64,000 nt of DNA from a virus, in the IMG/VR virus record IMGVR_UViG_3300023242_000004, positions 30,788-94,787 of that record. The stretch is one strand, 5' to 3'. Below are positions 38,640 through 50,100 of this stretch, piece after piece. Both the position numbers and the translations under genes were made by a program. The stretch's first letter is position 1; each line of letters begins with the position of its first letter. The notes below the pieces were generated by a model. That model made no database searches, was not told the origin of the DNA, and saw only the letters and a list, made by a program, of their open reading frames with translations.

Positions 38640-39386
38640 TTAGATATCTTCTTCTTCAAAGTCATTTGTATTAACACTAAAACTTTTTTTGATGTTTGGT
38701 GCGCTGTAATCGTAATCAACATCATCTTGTTTCAATACGTACTCTTCTTTTTTATCATTACCCATGACATCATACGCACCTTCTTTATCGGCCCAATAAT
38801 CAGTTAGTTTCTGGCTGTAAGGGAATGAGTTCAACGAACGCATTTCTAATTTTTCAACAGGTGTTGGGTTTCTTTTAACTATTTCTTTTTCTAACGCTTC
38901 AATCTTAGCAGAAACAGAATCCATTTTAGCGATACGTGCTTCTAAATCAGATAACTTATTCAACAACATTTCTGAATTTTTACTAGCGTTATCAGCAGCG
39001 GCTTTAGCTTCTTCTGAACCTTGTACTAAAGAAGTGACATCTACCTCAACCGAATCATCTACTGGTTCCTCAATAGCTGGTTCAACTTCTGGTTCTGGCA
39101 TATCTCCAACTGGTGTTTCATCATCTGTTGGTTCAACACCTAACTCCCCAGCAACAGCATCAGCAGCGTTTGCGTCTATATCACCGTTACCTTCAACATC
39201 TGCTGGTTGTAAGTCGTTTAGGTTTTCATCGTCTTCAGCTTCTTCTAATTCATTACCTAGTAAAATAGCTTCAGTATTATATTCTGGTTCTTTTTTTTCT
39301 TCATGATAGAAATCATAATTTTCAAGCACCTTGAATCTTTTCAATTCTTCTTTAAGTAATTCTGGATTAAATTTATTTTTTCTCAT
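38640..39386 (-). CDS. Acidic coiled-coil hypothetical protein (possible head-associated)
   Basis: Very D/E-rich middle, coiled coil, PTPVEKLEMRSL.SFPY. Confidence 0.55.
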   Translation of the reverse strand: MRKNKFNPELLKEELKRFKVLENYDFYHEEKKEPEYNTEAILLGNELEEAEDDENLNDLQPADVEGNGDIDANAADAVAGELGVEPTDDETPVGDMPEPEVEPAIEEPVDDSVEVDVTSLVQGSEEAKAAADNASKNSEMLLNKLSDLEARIAKMDSVSAKIEALEKEIVKRNPTPVEKLEMRSLNSFPYSQKLTDYWADKEGAYDVMGNDKKEEYVLKQDDVDYDYSAPNIKKSFSVNTNDFEEEDI

Positions 39387-39577
39387 TAGAATAATAGTTG
39401 TCTTCCGTCTTCTGTTATTATTTTTTTATTTATTCTTTCAACAAGGCTTTTATCACCTTTAATAACACAAACACCAGAACTACAATCTAAATTCGGGTCT
39501 TTATCTTCAGTATTTAAAAAACCTTCTAAGGCTTTATCTAATTTACTGACTTCTTTTTTGTTTTCTTTATTTTCCAT
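39386..39577 (-). CDS. Hypothetical protein
   Basis: Preceded by TATTTATA (39617-39610); stop overlaps the next ATG. Confidence 0.65.
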   Translation of the reverse strand: MENKENKKEVSKLDKALEGFLNTEDKDPNLDCSSGVCVIKGDKSLVERINKKIITEDGRQLLF

Positions 39578-39628
39578 GATTTATATTTTTGTAAATATTA
39601 TCTTTTTAATATAAATATCACAAAACCA

Positions 39629-40030
39629 TCAAAAAACCCTACTTATGTTGAAAATAGTGAGTTCACCATTATTGATAAGAATCATTTTGTTTTGATATGT
39701 TTCCCAATCTATTTTTATTGATTTATTATCAATATTACCAATTGATTCTGGAAATTTTTCTTGAATTAGTTTATTTAAAGCATTTATTGTATATAAAGCA
39801 TCACCTTTTTTATGTATTGGGATTGCACTAGGAAATAAATTTTTAAGGTCTAATTTTTTATCTTCTGGTATTGATATTTTAAACGTCATAATTAATTTGG
39901 ATTCATCACCCAAATTTTTATAACAAAAAATTTTATCCTTAGTGACTTTAAATCTTGAGTCTAGGTAGCTAAGAAACCATTCTACTCTCTCTGGGAATAT
40001 GAATGAAGCTAGAAGTATTGTTTTGGTCAT
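39629..40030 (-). CDS. Hypothetical protein
   Basis: 133-aa ORF, LYTINALN. Confidence 0.65.
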   Translation of the reverse strand: MTKTILLASFIFPERVEWFLSYLDSRFKVTKDKIFCYKNLGDESKLIMTFKISIPEDKKLDLKNLFPSAIPIHKKGDALYTINALNKLIQEKFPESIGNIDNKSIKIDWETYQNKMILINNGELTIFNISRVF

Positions 40031-40619
40031 TTGTTATAGAATATAAATATGGTATATATCTAACTTGATTGTCAAGTTCATTGATAGTATCTTTATAATC
40101 TATAAGTATCTTGTCATTGGTCAAAAAGACTGAGCTTTTTGTTATTATTTTATCTTTTATCTTACCATAATCTAAACCAATATATTTTAACAATTTTAAA
40201 TCAACACCGAAAATAATTTTGTCTGAGTAAATATACAACATTTGCCCATTTTGGTAAGTAATTTTATTTACCATAGAATGGAATTTTCTAATTATTTTTC
40301 TAATAGTTTTAGCGTTATATTGTATTAGGTCAACAAAAACATAGCTTATATCTGAAATTAAGTCAGTAAGAACTTTATTTATAAACCAAGATAAATCTTC
40401 TTCATATTTATCTCTTTTTTCTGTTCGTTTAAGTGTCCAATATAGTTTTTCACCTAATTTTCTATCCATAACGTCAAAATTTGGGTAATTTTTATTAACA
40501 TAATCAAAACCAACTATTAATGTAGGTAAGCCATGAATAATATCATCCATGGATACCACCACATTAAATTCTGCTGAAACACTTACCTTTTGGTTTGACA
40601 CTATATTTGCAATCTTCAT
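39969..40619 (-). CDS. Hypothetical protein (likely start MKIANI, 40619)
   Basis: TACTTTTG promoter at 40631-40624 directly upstream. Confidence 0.6.
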   Translation of the reverse strand: MKIANIVSNQKVSVSAEFNVVVSMDDIIHGLPTLIVGFDYVNKNYPNFDVMDRKLGEKLYWTLKRTEKRDKYEEDLSWFINKVLTDLISDISYVFVDLIQYNAKTIRKIIRKFHSMVNKITYQNGQMLYIYSDKIIFGVDLKLLKYIGLDYGKIKDKIITKSSVFLTNDKILIDYKDTINELDNQVRYIPYLYSITNDQNNTSSFIHIPRESRMVS

Positions 40620-40656
40620 TTTACAAAAGTACGAATAATATACCAAATAAACAAAT

Positions 40657-43600
40657 TTATATCCAAGTATTCATAGGTTCGTCTATATCTACATTAAAAC
40701 CATAAGATTTTAAAGTTAGTGCCGTAGATAAGGCATAATTACTAGGGTTATTTTTATCCCCCCATGGAGCGTATTGGTTAATGTATTGTCTTAACGATGG
40801 GCTGGTATTTTTAGTATACGCATAACTACCTAAATCTTGGTATTTAACACCACCATTTTTAAACAATTTATTTGTATCTGCTACATAACAATCAGCTAAA
40901 GTATTTGACCAACTCCAACCAGTTTTTGACCTTCCAAGTAAATATTCACTATAAGCTTCATAACCTTCTTGCCACGTACTAAAAGTTTTAAACCCTTTAT
41001 TACTAGAAGGTCGTAAATTTCCTGGGTTTTTTCTACTTGGTGCGCTTCCGAACCCTTCATCAATAGCTTGAGACATAGCAACAACACCCCTTTTGGTTAA
41101 TTTACTACCATCCCAAAGAGTAGGTACTAGTTTTAACCCAGCTAAGGAACCTACACAATCTCTAGTACTTGGACAATTGTTCTTACCAGCTAATATTTTA
41201 TCTATAGATGATTTATTACCACTATTTTGAGCAAAACCTTTATTACCTATAGCTGGACAAGATGTGTTGTTATTAGACATAGCCCCAGTACCAGTTCCAA
41301 TTAATTTTTTTTCATTATAGTATTTGTTATCGGTTTTTTTAACACATAAAACATAACCCAGAACATCTGATGTATCGTCAATATAACCATTTTTTAAATT
41401 TAATTCAAGTAAAGAAATACTGTCACCAATATTTCCACCAATTAAGTAAGCTTTTTCACCGAACACAGAGTAAACAACTTCTGAGTGACTTGCGTTATTG
41501 CCACCGACTCTTGGTTTGTTAAAAATATCACCTACTTCAACTTTTATTTTCAACCCAGCTTTTAAAGGAAATACCTCATAACCAGCAACGCCATTCATTG
41601 CTGACTCTATATATACTTGATGTGAAGCTGACCTTGGAAAATTTTTATCAGCAGCTAACATTATATAAGAAATAAACACACCACTCCATGGTTCAGTATT
41701 ATTAGCGAAATTTTCAGCAGAGATTCCAGGTGTAGCTTTAGCGTATTCCTTTAAAAATTGAACGCCATCAGATTCATCTAAATTACCATCATCCCAATTA
41801 AGTTTTTCTTGTTGGGCTGTAACCCCTAAACTATTTTTTTCAATAGCAGTTAAGGTACCTATGATTATTTTATCTTCAGGTAAATTTGCCATTAAATCTG
41901 ATTTAAATGAAGTAGTAAAATGATTGGAAAAATTACCACCGCTAGAACCACCACCACCACTATTTCCACCTGTAATCCCTAAATTATCAATAAATGACAT
42001 ATATAAATCCAATGCAGTAATTAAAGGTGTTTCCGCATACCTAATCCTAACACCTGTGAAATTTGTTGACATGTGATTTGGTTTTATTGAGTGTTTGACT
42101 CTTGTAATCATATATGCACCATGAAACATAGGTATATTATCTAATTGAAAATACATCATAGGTTGTATCATAGCGTTACCCATCATTTCAATTTGGGCCG
42201 TATAGCTTCTTACTGAATAAACATTGTAAAGATTTTGACCAGCAATACTTCTATTATTTGTACCAGCTTTTTGAGATATATCATCTTGTATTTGTAGCGA
42301 TTCATCTGTTTCAGTAAACTCACTTTGGTCCAAACTAATATCTTTAAATAAATTTTGGTTTTGTTGACTATATCTTACAACAAAAGCACCAACAGCGTCC
42401 TCATAAGGCTCATCATCTGTTTTAAAATCATCTGGGATACCAGGATTAATATTTACACTTTTTTCATCATATAAACATCTAAGGTCAAAACCATCGTTAG
42501 GGTAATCAGAAGTACTATAATCCAAATGATTTGATTTACCACCAACATACGCACAAACAAATGAAGGACCACAAGTTCCAACAGAAATAGCTTCTGTGTA
42601 ACTACCATAGGGTTGAAATATCGCTTCTACTTCTGCTTTATCTTTAAAATTAATAAAACTAGGTAACGCAATAAAATCAAAATTATTATCTGATAATAAT
42701 TGACTAATAGCACCATAAGACGAAGTGTTAGGGTTTTCTAATAAAAAATCATTAATTGGTAACGGATTAATATATAATTTATCACCAATATCTTTAAAAG
42801 ACCTACTAATAAACCTAAAACTATCAATTAATTTTGGTGATGTTTTACTTTTATATTGAATAGCTAATTTAGAATCGGTATTACTTCTATTATTTGCACC
42901 GCATTGAAAAATGATATTATTTATATCTGTAGTACCAGCTAACCACTTATCATGTACATTTTTACATGTTTTATATAATATTAGTTTTATTGTGTCCTCA
43001 TTCGCAGTGCCAAAAATTTCTTGTTGTAATTGTTTATCTTCATTTGTCGGTGAATAAGAGTCCGAGGTGTCTTTTAAACGCTTAGTTAATGCATCAAAAT
43101 ATATTTTAAAAGTTGCCTCGTAAACATTTATTCCTTCTCTTAGGTTTGTTTTATACTCACCCTTAGTACCATAGTCATCTTTTTTTGGACCTCTCCAGAT
43201 ATAATAGTTATTATTAGCTATTATAAGTGGTTCAACCAAAGCTTTTATTAATGTTGTAACCGAATCGTTAGTACTATAACCATCTTTTAATTCTAACCTA
43301 AAATTATCTTTTTCGCCTAAAATAGTTTGCGGTATTATTACCACATATTTATCTTCGTTTTTTAAACCATTAATTTGGGAAAGGTCACTATATGAATTGT
43401 TTAGTAAAGTTTCAAAACCAATACCATCTCCATCCCAAATTTCTAGACCATTTTTAATTGCATCCCATGATATTGAGTTATCATCGCCATTAACAAAATT
43501 AAAAAATATTTTTTTAAATTCAATTTTAACTTGTTTTGGTAACGTACTTAATAAATCTGTTTGGCTTATTTCCACAGGTAGTTCGGTTTTTTTACTTGTT

Positions 43601-46600
43601 TTATAAAGACTTACAATATAATCAGTTTTCTCTATTTTTTTATAATTACCCCAAATTATAGGGTCGTTACTACCAGTACCACCACCAGTTTGTTTTCCTC
43701 CTATTAATTCTGGGTCATCAGTTGACAACCTCCAGAGAATACTACCAATATAAGCACACCAAAGTCTTGGTACTGCTACAAAACCACCACGTATGGTAAA
43801 TATATTTCTAATATAATTAATAACACCTCCTGATGTTTGGTTAATACCGTTACCCACAAAAGGTAATGTGTGTAAAAATAACATCGCTTTAGAGTATTCG
43901 CTAGTTTGATTATAATATAAGGTAGACCCAAATAAACTAACACCTTTAGATTCACTATTTATAATGAAATCTGGTTCAGATTCATTTGCTGCACCAAGTT
44001 GGAAAGGTAATAATAGAAAAGGAAAAGTTAAGTCAGAAGTATTACCAGAATAATATTCTAATAATAATTCTCTATTACTACCCCATTTATTATGAAATTT
44101 TTTACCACCAATTTCATAATTAATAGTTTGATTATTTTCTGGTATGTTTTGTGGTTTTTTACTTAAATCAAATATAGAACTATTACCACCAGAGGCTTTT
44201 CTGGTGTATGTTAAACCTGGTCTTTTATCTCGGTAAAAAGCAAAACTTAAAGGGCCTTGGTTATCATCACCAAAATCCATTAAAGAAAATTCTTGCATAC
44301 CTAAAGGACCAGCAAATACGTTAAACCCAGCGTCTGATACTTGCTGAGGTGTTAAAGTTACATTATCTTTTAAAATACTTAATTTTAAAGGTGAAATTTT
44401 TGTATCCACCCCTTCAACAGGGTATAATTGTTTTATTTTGTTATAATCATTTAATGTTAATATTTTAACATATGTACCACCATCTAAAGATTTATCATAT
44501 TGGTCTGTCTCACCGCTTTTACCAAAAGAAGAGGAATAATTTGTTAAAAATAAATTACCACTTTCGCTATCTTTTTGTAAATTAGTATAGTTTTTAGTTG
44601 AGTTTACACCCCCACTAACATCACCCCATGTTTTATTGTTAAACTCTTTTTGTATTGGGATAATTTTAAAATCATTTGAGGAGTTATAGATATAATCATA
44701 AGAATAATAAGGTTTTACTTGTTGTCCATCAAAAGTTGATACTTTATTTACCACGTTTCTAGATACCGTATTTATAGTACCAGTAACGTTAGCTACAGTA
44801 CTAGTACTTATAAGACTTATAGTTTGTTTTAAATTTTTATTTGTTACCCCTCTAACAATAGCGTCTGCTTCAGCTATCGCCATTGATTGAATTTCTTTAT
44901 CGCTTAACGAATCTGGGTCGTTAGTATAACCTAAAAAAGTCATACCTCTTATTAACATAAGCCTCATAACATCTTGATTACTTAGCAATTCAACCCTAGA
45001 ATAAGGTTCTGTATTTATAAAAATACTAGTATCTATAGGTGAAATCGGAAACCAAGTGGTTTGGTTTTGTGTTATGTCATCAAGTACATCGTCAGTTGCT
45101 TTTTGAGCAATTAAAAACGCATTTAATAAATCATCAATAAAAACTAATTCATCAACGTGGTGTGGTTTTTCTAACAGACGAGCTTTACCTAAATATTTAT
45201 CAACATATGTCTTAGTTTTTTCATCTCTTTCTCTATAATCTGGCCAAGCATAAAACTCTTTTGTTTCTAATTTTTCTTTTTTTATATCCGAATTTATTAT
45301 TTCAACACCAAATGTTGATTCTAATTGTGAAATTCTTCTTTCATTACCTTTATTTTCCGCTGTTTGAGAAACAGTGTAAATACTTTCCATAAATACCTCA
45401 ATTGCATTTGTGAAAATTTCAATTATTCTTCTAACTGTTGGGTCGAAACCTAAAGATTCGGCAACGTTTTCTTTTAATTCTAACGCTAATTCTTTTTTAC
45501 TAGAGTTAATTTGTTCATTTACAACTAATCTAGTAGCGTTTATTTTTTCATATAAACCATTGAAATTATATATATCTAATTTAACAGTATTATTAATTTC
45601 ATAATCTTTTAAATAGTCAAATATTTCTTTTTTTAATTTTTCTAAATCGGTTGGTGAACCTAAAGTGTTGGATAAAGTTTTTTGGTCAAATGAACCATTT
45701 TTATTTGGGTCAAACATTTCTTTAACAACTGACGTATATAGACCTTTATTCGTATCTACTTTGTCAAAAAATAAAAAATAATTTTCATCTAATTTACCAC
45801 CAGAATCCGTTTCATTAAATTCGTTTATTCTTACAACTACCGATGCTTTATACTCCTCTATATTCGCAGTTTGTTCATCTGTTAACGGGTTATTTTTTTT
45901 TACAACAAAAAAATGATTATCTTTTACATCACTGTTTAAATCTAAATTACGACCTAACACATTAATTAACGCCTCAATATTATTTAATTTTTCAATAGCG
46001 TCATTACCTCTACCAAAAGAATCAGCGTTTTTTGAGTTTTGGGCTATTTTTTCAACACCACCATTTATTTTCTGGATATTTTCCATTAAAGTTACCAATT
46101 TGATTACTTCGTAACCACGCTCCTCGTTATATCTTTCATGTATTTTTTTACCGATTGTTGTAAATGGTATTGCTTTAAGATAACCTAATAACATATCTGA
46201 TAACATAGCGTAAGTATAACCAATAAATTGGCAAGAAATTTCAAAATTACCTGTTTTTGAATTAAATTTTGAATTAAATTTAAGCATATGTAAACAATAT
46301 GTAACTGGTTTACCGTAATAACCTTTAATTTCTAACTCAAATTTTGGGTATGGTAATTGAAAAAAAGTAGAATACTTGTTTGCTGTATTATTACCCGAAT
46401 TATTTTGTTCATTTTGGAAAATAGCACTACCTCTAACATCAATAAAATCAATGTTAACCATTGGGGCGAAAGAAGAATTAAAATCAATGTCAATATTTGT
46501 AATACCTAAAGCCTCATCATTACTACTATCTGAACCCAAAGAAGTTAAATCGGTATAATTAGTTGTTAATACTTTTCTACCAGAAACTTCGCTTCCCTCA

Positions 46601-46836
46601 ATAAAATTTATTGTCATAGTTTTAGAACTTTCTCTAGTACCTACAGTGTTTTCATCATCACTACTAGTTAAAACTGTTCTACCCATTCTTGTTGTAGATA
46701 AAACAACCGAAATATTTAAGTCCTCTAATGGTACTGATATATTGCTTTCAGAATCAAAACCACTAAAATTATTTGGGTCAACAATTTTTGTTCTACCAGC
46801 TTCACAACCTATCTTGTTTGTTATTCTATTCGCCAT
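40657..46836 (-). CDS. Giant baseplate hub / tail-associated lysin with C-terminal DUF2272 (CHAP-like) and lysozyme-like domains
   Basis: Hub-like IEMMGNAMIQP...GAYMITRVKHSI; EPWSGVFISYIM..SH..GGN; RKNPGNL..F.T..EG..YAP. Confidence 0.65.
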   Translation of the reverse strand: MANRITNKIGCEAGRTKIVDPNNFSGFDSESNISVPLEDLNISVVLSTTRMGRTVLTSSDDENTVGTRESSKTMTINFIEGSEVSGRKVLTTNYTDLTSLGSDSSNDEALGITNIDIDFNSSFAPMVNIDFIDVRGSAIFQNEQNNSGNNTANKYSTFFQLPYPKFELEIKGYYGKPVTYCLHMLKFNSKFNSKTGNFEISCQFIGYTYAMLSDMLLGYLKAIPFTTIGKKIHERYNEERGYEVIKLVTLMENIQKINGGVEKIAQNSKNADSFGRGNDAIEKLNNIEALINVLGRNLDLNSDVKDNHFFVVKKNNPLTDEQTANIEEYKASVVVRINEFNETDSGGKLDENYFLFFDKVDTNKGLYTSVVKEMFDPNKNGSFDQKTLSNTLGSPTDLEKLKKEIFDYLKDYEINNTVKLDIYNFNGLYEKINATRLVVNEQINSSKKELALELKENVAESLGFDPTVRRIIEIFTNAIEVFMESIYTVSQTAENKGNERRISQLESTFGVEIINSDIKKEKLETKEFYAWPDYRERDEKTKTYVDKYLGKARLLEKPHHVDELVFIDDLLNAFLIAQKATDDVLDDITQNQTTWFPISPIDTSIFINTEPYSRVELLSNQDVMRLMLIRGMTFLGYTNDPDSLSDKEIQSMAIAEADAIVRGVTNKNLKQTISLISTSTVANVTGTINTVSRNVVNKVSTFDGQQVKPYYSYDYIYNSSNDFKIIPIQKEFNNKTWGDVSGGVNSTKNYTNLQKDSESGNLFLTNYSSSFGKSGETDQYDKSLDGGTYVKILTLNDYNKIKQLYPVEGVDTKISPLKLSILKDNVTLTPQQVSDAGFNVFAGPLGMQEFSLMDFGDDNQGPLSFAFYRDKRPGLTYTRKASGGNSSIFDLSKKPQNIPENNQTINYEIGGKKFHNKWGSNRELLLEYYSGNTSDLTFPFLLLPFQLGAANESEPDFIINSESKGVSLFGSTLYYNQTSEYSKAMLFLHTLPFVGNGINQTSGGVINYIRNIFTIRGGFVAVPRLWCAYIGSILWRLSTDDPELIGGKQTGGGTGSNDPIIWGNYKKIEKTDYIVSLYKTSKKTELPVEISQTDLLSTLPKQVKIEFKKIFFNFVNGDDNSISWDAIKNGLEIWDGDGIGFETLLNNSYSDLSQINGLKNEDKYVVIIPQTILGEKDNFRLELKDGYSTNDSVTTLIKALVEPLIIANNNYYIWRGPKKDDYGTKGEYKTNLREGINVYEATFKIYFDALTKRLKDTSDSYSPTNEDKQLQQEIFGTANEDTIKLILYKTCKNVHDKWLAGTTDINNIIFQCGANNRSNTDSKLAIQYKSKTSPKLIDSFRFISRSFKDIGDKLYINPLPINDFLLENPNTSSYGAISQLLSDNNFDFIALPSFINFKDKAEVEAIFQPYGSYTEAISVGTCGPSFVCAYVGGKSNHLDYSTSDYPNDGFDLRCLYDEKSVNINPGIPDDFKTDDEPYEDAVGAFVVRYSQQNQNLFKDISLDQSEFTETDESLQIQDDISQKAGTNNRSIAGQNLYNVYSVRSYTAQIEMMGNAMIQPMMYFQLDNIPMFHGAYMITRVKHSIKPNHMSTNFTGVRIRYAETPLITALDLYMSFIDNLGITGGNSGGGGSSGGNFSNHFTTSFKSDLMANLPEDKIIIGTLTAIEKNSLGVTAQQEKLNWDDGNLDESDGVQFLKEYAKATPGISAENFANNTEPWSGVFISYIMLAADKNFPRSASHQVYIESAMNGVAGYEVFPLKAGLKIKVEVGDIFNKPRVGGNNASHSEVVYSVFGEKAYLIGGNIGDSISLLELNLKNGYIDDTSDVLGYVLCVKKTDNKYYNEKKLIGTGTGAMSNNNTSCPAIGNKGFAQNSGNKSSIDKILAGKNNCPSTRDCVGSLAGLKLVPTLWDGSKLTKRGVVAMSQAIDEGFGSAPSRKNPGNLRPSSNKGFKTFSTWQEGYEAYSEYLLGRSKTGWSWSNTLADCYVADTNKLFKNGGVKYQDLGSYAYTKNTSPSLRQYINQYAPWGDKNNPSNYALSTALTLKSYGFNVDIDEPMNTWI

Positions 46837-47146
46837 ATAATATTTTATGTTTTGTAATTTGTTCGTTATACCTACCTATAGCACTATCAAAAGGGTATGG
46901 TACCCTAATTAATGTCATATCTGGTATATTAAATTCTAAACCACCAAATTCTGGGTTAGCTAACATAATTAACCAACCACTATATGGGTTATTATAATAC
47001 ATCTGACTCAATTTGTCAAGTCTAGTTAACCCATGTTTATAAATCATATTTTTATCTTGACCAGAATTTGGTATTGTTGTACCAATCACTGGCTTCATAC
47101 TAGCGTTAACTCTGAACGCATTATATCTATCTACGTATTGTGCCAT
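46826..47146 (-). CDS. Baseplate wedge protein (gp53/LysM-like)
   Basis: RLDKLSQMYYNNPYSGWLIMLANP...IRVP. Confidence 0.75.
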   Translation of the reverse strand: MAQYVDRYNAFRVNASMKPVIGTTIPNSGQDKNMIYKHGLTRLDKLSQMYYNNPYSGWLIMLANPEFGGLEFNIPDMTLIRVPYPFDSAIGRYNEQITKHKILYGE

Positions 47147-47158
47147 AATATTTTCTTG

Positions 47159-50100
47159 TTAATTATTTGTTAATACATTAAGGTGTGTAAAGTTTGCATA
47201 AATTTTACCACCCCATTCTACTTGCCAAACTATTTCAATCGAGCCACCATTGCCGTTCCAAGCATCAATAATAAATTTAGTTAGTTCATCGTCGTCATCA
47301 ATATCTACATCTGTATGTAATAATATTTTATTTTTATCTTGTTGCCCGACAAAACCAATCACGGTACTGGTTTTAGGTTGGCTAGGGATACTACTAGGAG
47401 TTATTTGTCCGCTACCAAAACCATACACCGAATATACCAAAGTATCTGCTGAGTTTGGTCGTATTTTAATAAGACCAACTAATCTCTTTCCTTTTTTATC
47501 GTTAATAATGTAAATAAAAGCTTCATATGTTTTATTTAATGCTGGGTTTTGTATATCTTTTGTTGCGTTCCAATTCAATCTTAAATTCAAAGAAACACTT
47601 GTTGGGTCCGTTTGGTCGAAAGCAAAACAACCATCATAACCAAAACAACCAATAACCGCTTTATCATCAATAGTTGTTTCCGTACTTGGTGCGTTATCTG
47701 GAGATGATGAAATAGCTATTTCATTTGCTTTTTCTTGGTCAATTTCTGGTGTGTTATCAGTTATCGTTTCATTTGTAGCTGTACCTCCTTCAATATATTT
47801 TTTAACATCTCCATTGTATGGTGATTCATCTATTAAATTACGAAGATAATATCCAGTTGGTGAATTAGCTAAATCTTTACCGTCTTTATCTTTTATTAAT
47901 GGTTTTTCAATTGAAATATAATCAGCTCTAGGGTCATAAACTTGTGAGTTGGCAAAATAATTAAAAGATAAAGCGTTTTGTAATTTATTTAATGGTCCCA
48001 TAAGCGTTGAACCACCTATAAATTTAAAAGCCATACTAACATTTGCAATCATCGGTTGTACACCTACACCTTCTGGGTTAAGGTCCCAAACCAATGGTTC
48101 GTAATCAATACTAACATTATCGATAATAATTTTTGTATTGTAAAAATCACCTATTCTAAGTATACAAACTGGAGCCCTACCAAAAGCTAAATTATTAGCA
48201 CCTTGGCCTTCGTTAGTTTTACCTTGTCTGGTACACTGTAGTAAAAACGTTAACCTAGAATTTAAACCTTCTGGTGTAGTTGAATGGAAAGCTGGATGAA
48301 AATAACGAATTTTTTCCCTAAAACTATCAAAAACAAAAGGGTCGTTATCAGTTAATTGCTCAAAATAATTACATTCAGTGTAAAATCTATTTGTTATAGT
48401 TGTGTTGATAGTTTTAGTCCTTTTTTTAATTATTGGTGGTGGTGTAGCCATTTCATCTTCTGCCATTTGAGAACTATACTCGAAATTAATAGTTGCACGC
48501 CTATCTTGTTTACATTCCAATGTATCGGTAGGACATAAAATATCTCTATTTTCATTAGTTACGTTTGGTGGGCATGGTTTACAACCAGTACCAGTTAATT
48601 GTTTTGTTTCACCAATTTTAAAACGTTTATCAAAATCAGATTCAATTAATTTTGGTAAAGCAGCTTTAATACTTGGCCACCATTTTTGTTTAATATCTTC
48701 TTTAATTTTTTCTGCTCTAGCTTTAGCTAGTTTGTCGTTGTATTCTAGACTACCTTGTTCACTAGCATAACCAGTTATAGTGGCAACACAATGTGGGCAA
48801 ATCTCGGTTAAATGTTTTATAATAAAAACATCAGTATTAGGGTCAAAATAACCTCTAAGTTCAAAATCATCAGCACCAACAATGGTTGTTTTTGTTTCTG
48901 GACTACGAGAAGTACCAGACTGGGAATAATTTAAGCCATAATTATACCTATCTGGCCAACCTTCACCATCACTTAATAAACTGTTGTTGTGATTACCAGG
49001 AGTAAAATTAGCTTTATAAGACCCTAAACCTTCACCAGCACCGTTTTTGTTAATTAAATAATCAATAGGTGTAGTTGTACTAGGTATTAAACCATTTTCA
49101 TATGGTTTGTATATTTCTGCGTTATCATTAGGGAAATAAACAGATAGAGGTCCTGGTGGTTTTTCTGCTGTTGGATTTTTCTTAACTGGTATTGTCAAAT
49201 CATCTGGGGTCGAAACGCTCCTTTCACTAACTGTTAATTTTTTACCCATCTCACTATTTGGGTCAATACAACCAGCCCAGAATGAATTAACGTAATTATC
49301 ATCTGGACCAAATGCACCTCTAAACGAATTTACATAGCTTGGGTGGTCGACAACTATCTTAAATGATAAGTTACCACTTCTTTCAGTGTTGTTATATGTG
49401 TATACCGATTCACCTCTACCTATAAAATTGTTAGCTTCCCAGCTAACGCTACTATTTTCACTAAACTGTATATCATATGGTGGAAACCACATAATTCTAC
49501 CTTTTTTGCCAGATAATAAATCTCCTGGACCAACTTCACATTCTGGTAAATTTTCATGTTCATCACTCCACGCTAAGTTTTCTATAGAAAACATAAATTT
49601 TTTAGTGTCACTTGTTGCGTTGGCATAAGGCGCTATTTTTGGAAAACCATACTCACCCAATACTGAATTTTCAGTATTTAACCTGTACGGTACGTTATTT
49701 GAATCCCACAAACCGTGACTTCTAACCATTTTGGACACGGTATCGTACCTATCTAATGTTGTCCAACTTCTACAATAGGTATCTTCAGCACTATAAGTAC
49801 CTCCGCTATATCGGCCCGTTGATAAATCAAATAATTCTTTTTTTAATACAGCATTACCTTTAGAAATACCATTACCGTTAACTGTTTCTATTTGTGAGGA
49901 TTTTTTTCCAATATCACCTTTATTAGTAACAATATTTCTCATTCCTTTACTATTAAATAATTTTTGTGTTTTACTTAAAAGCGATTTTTTATTGACATCT
50001 TCGATATTAATTTGGGCATATTCATATCCACTAGAATTTGAATTAACTAACCCACCCATTTCAGTGCCCCAAGAAAAACCTATATCGCTAATTTTTCTAT

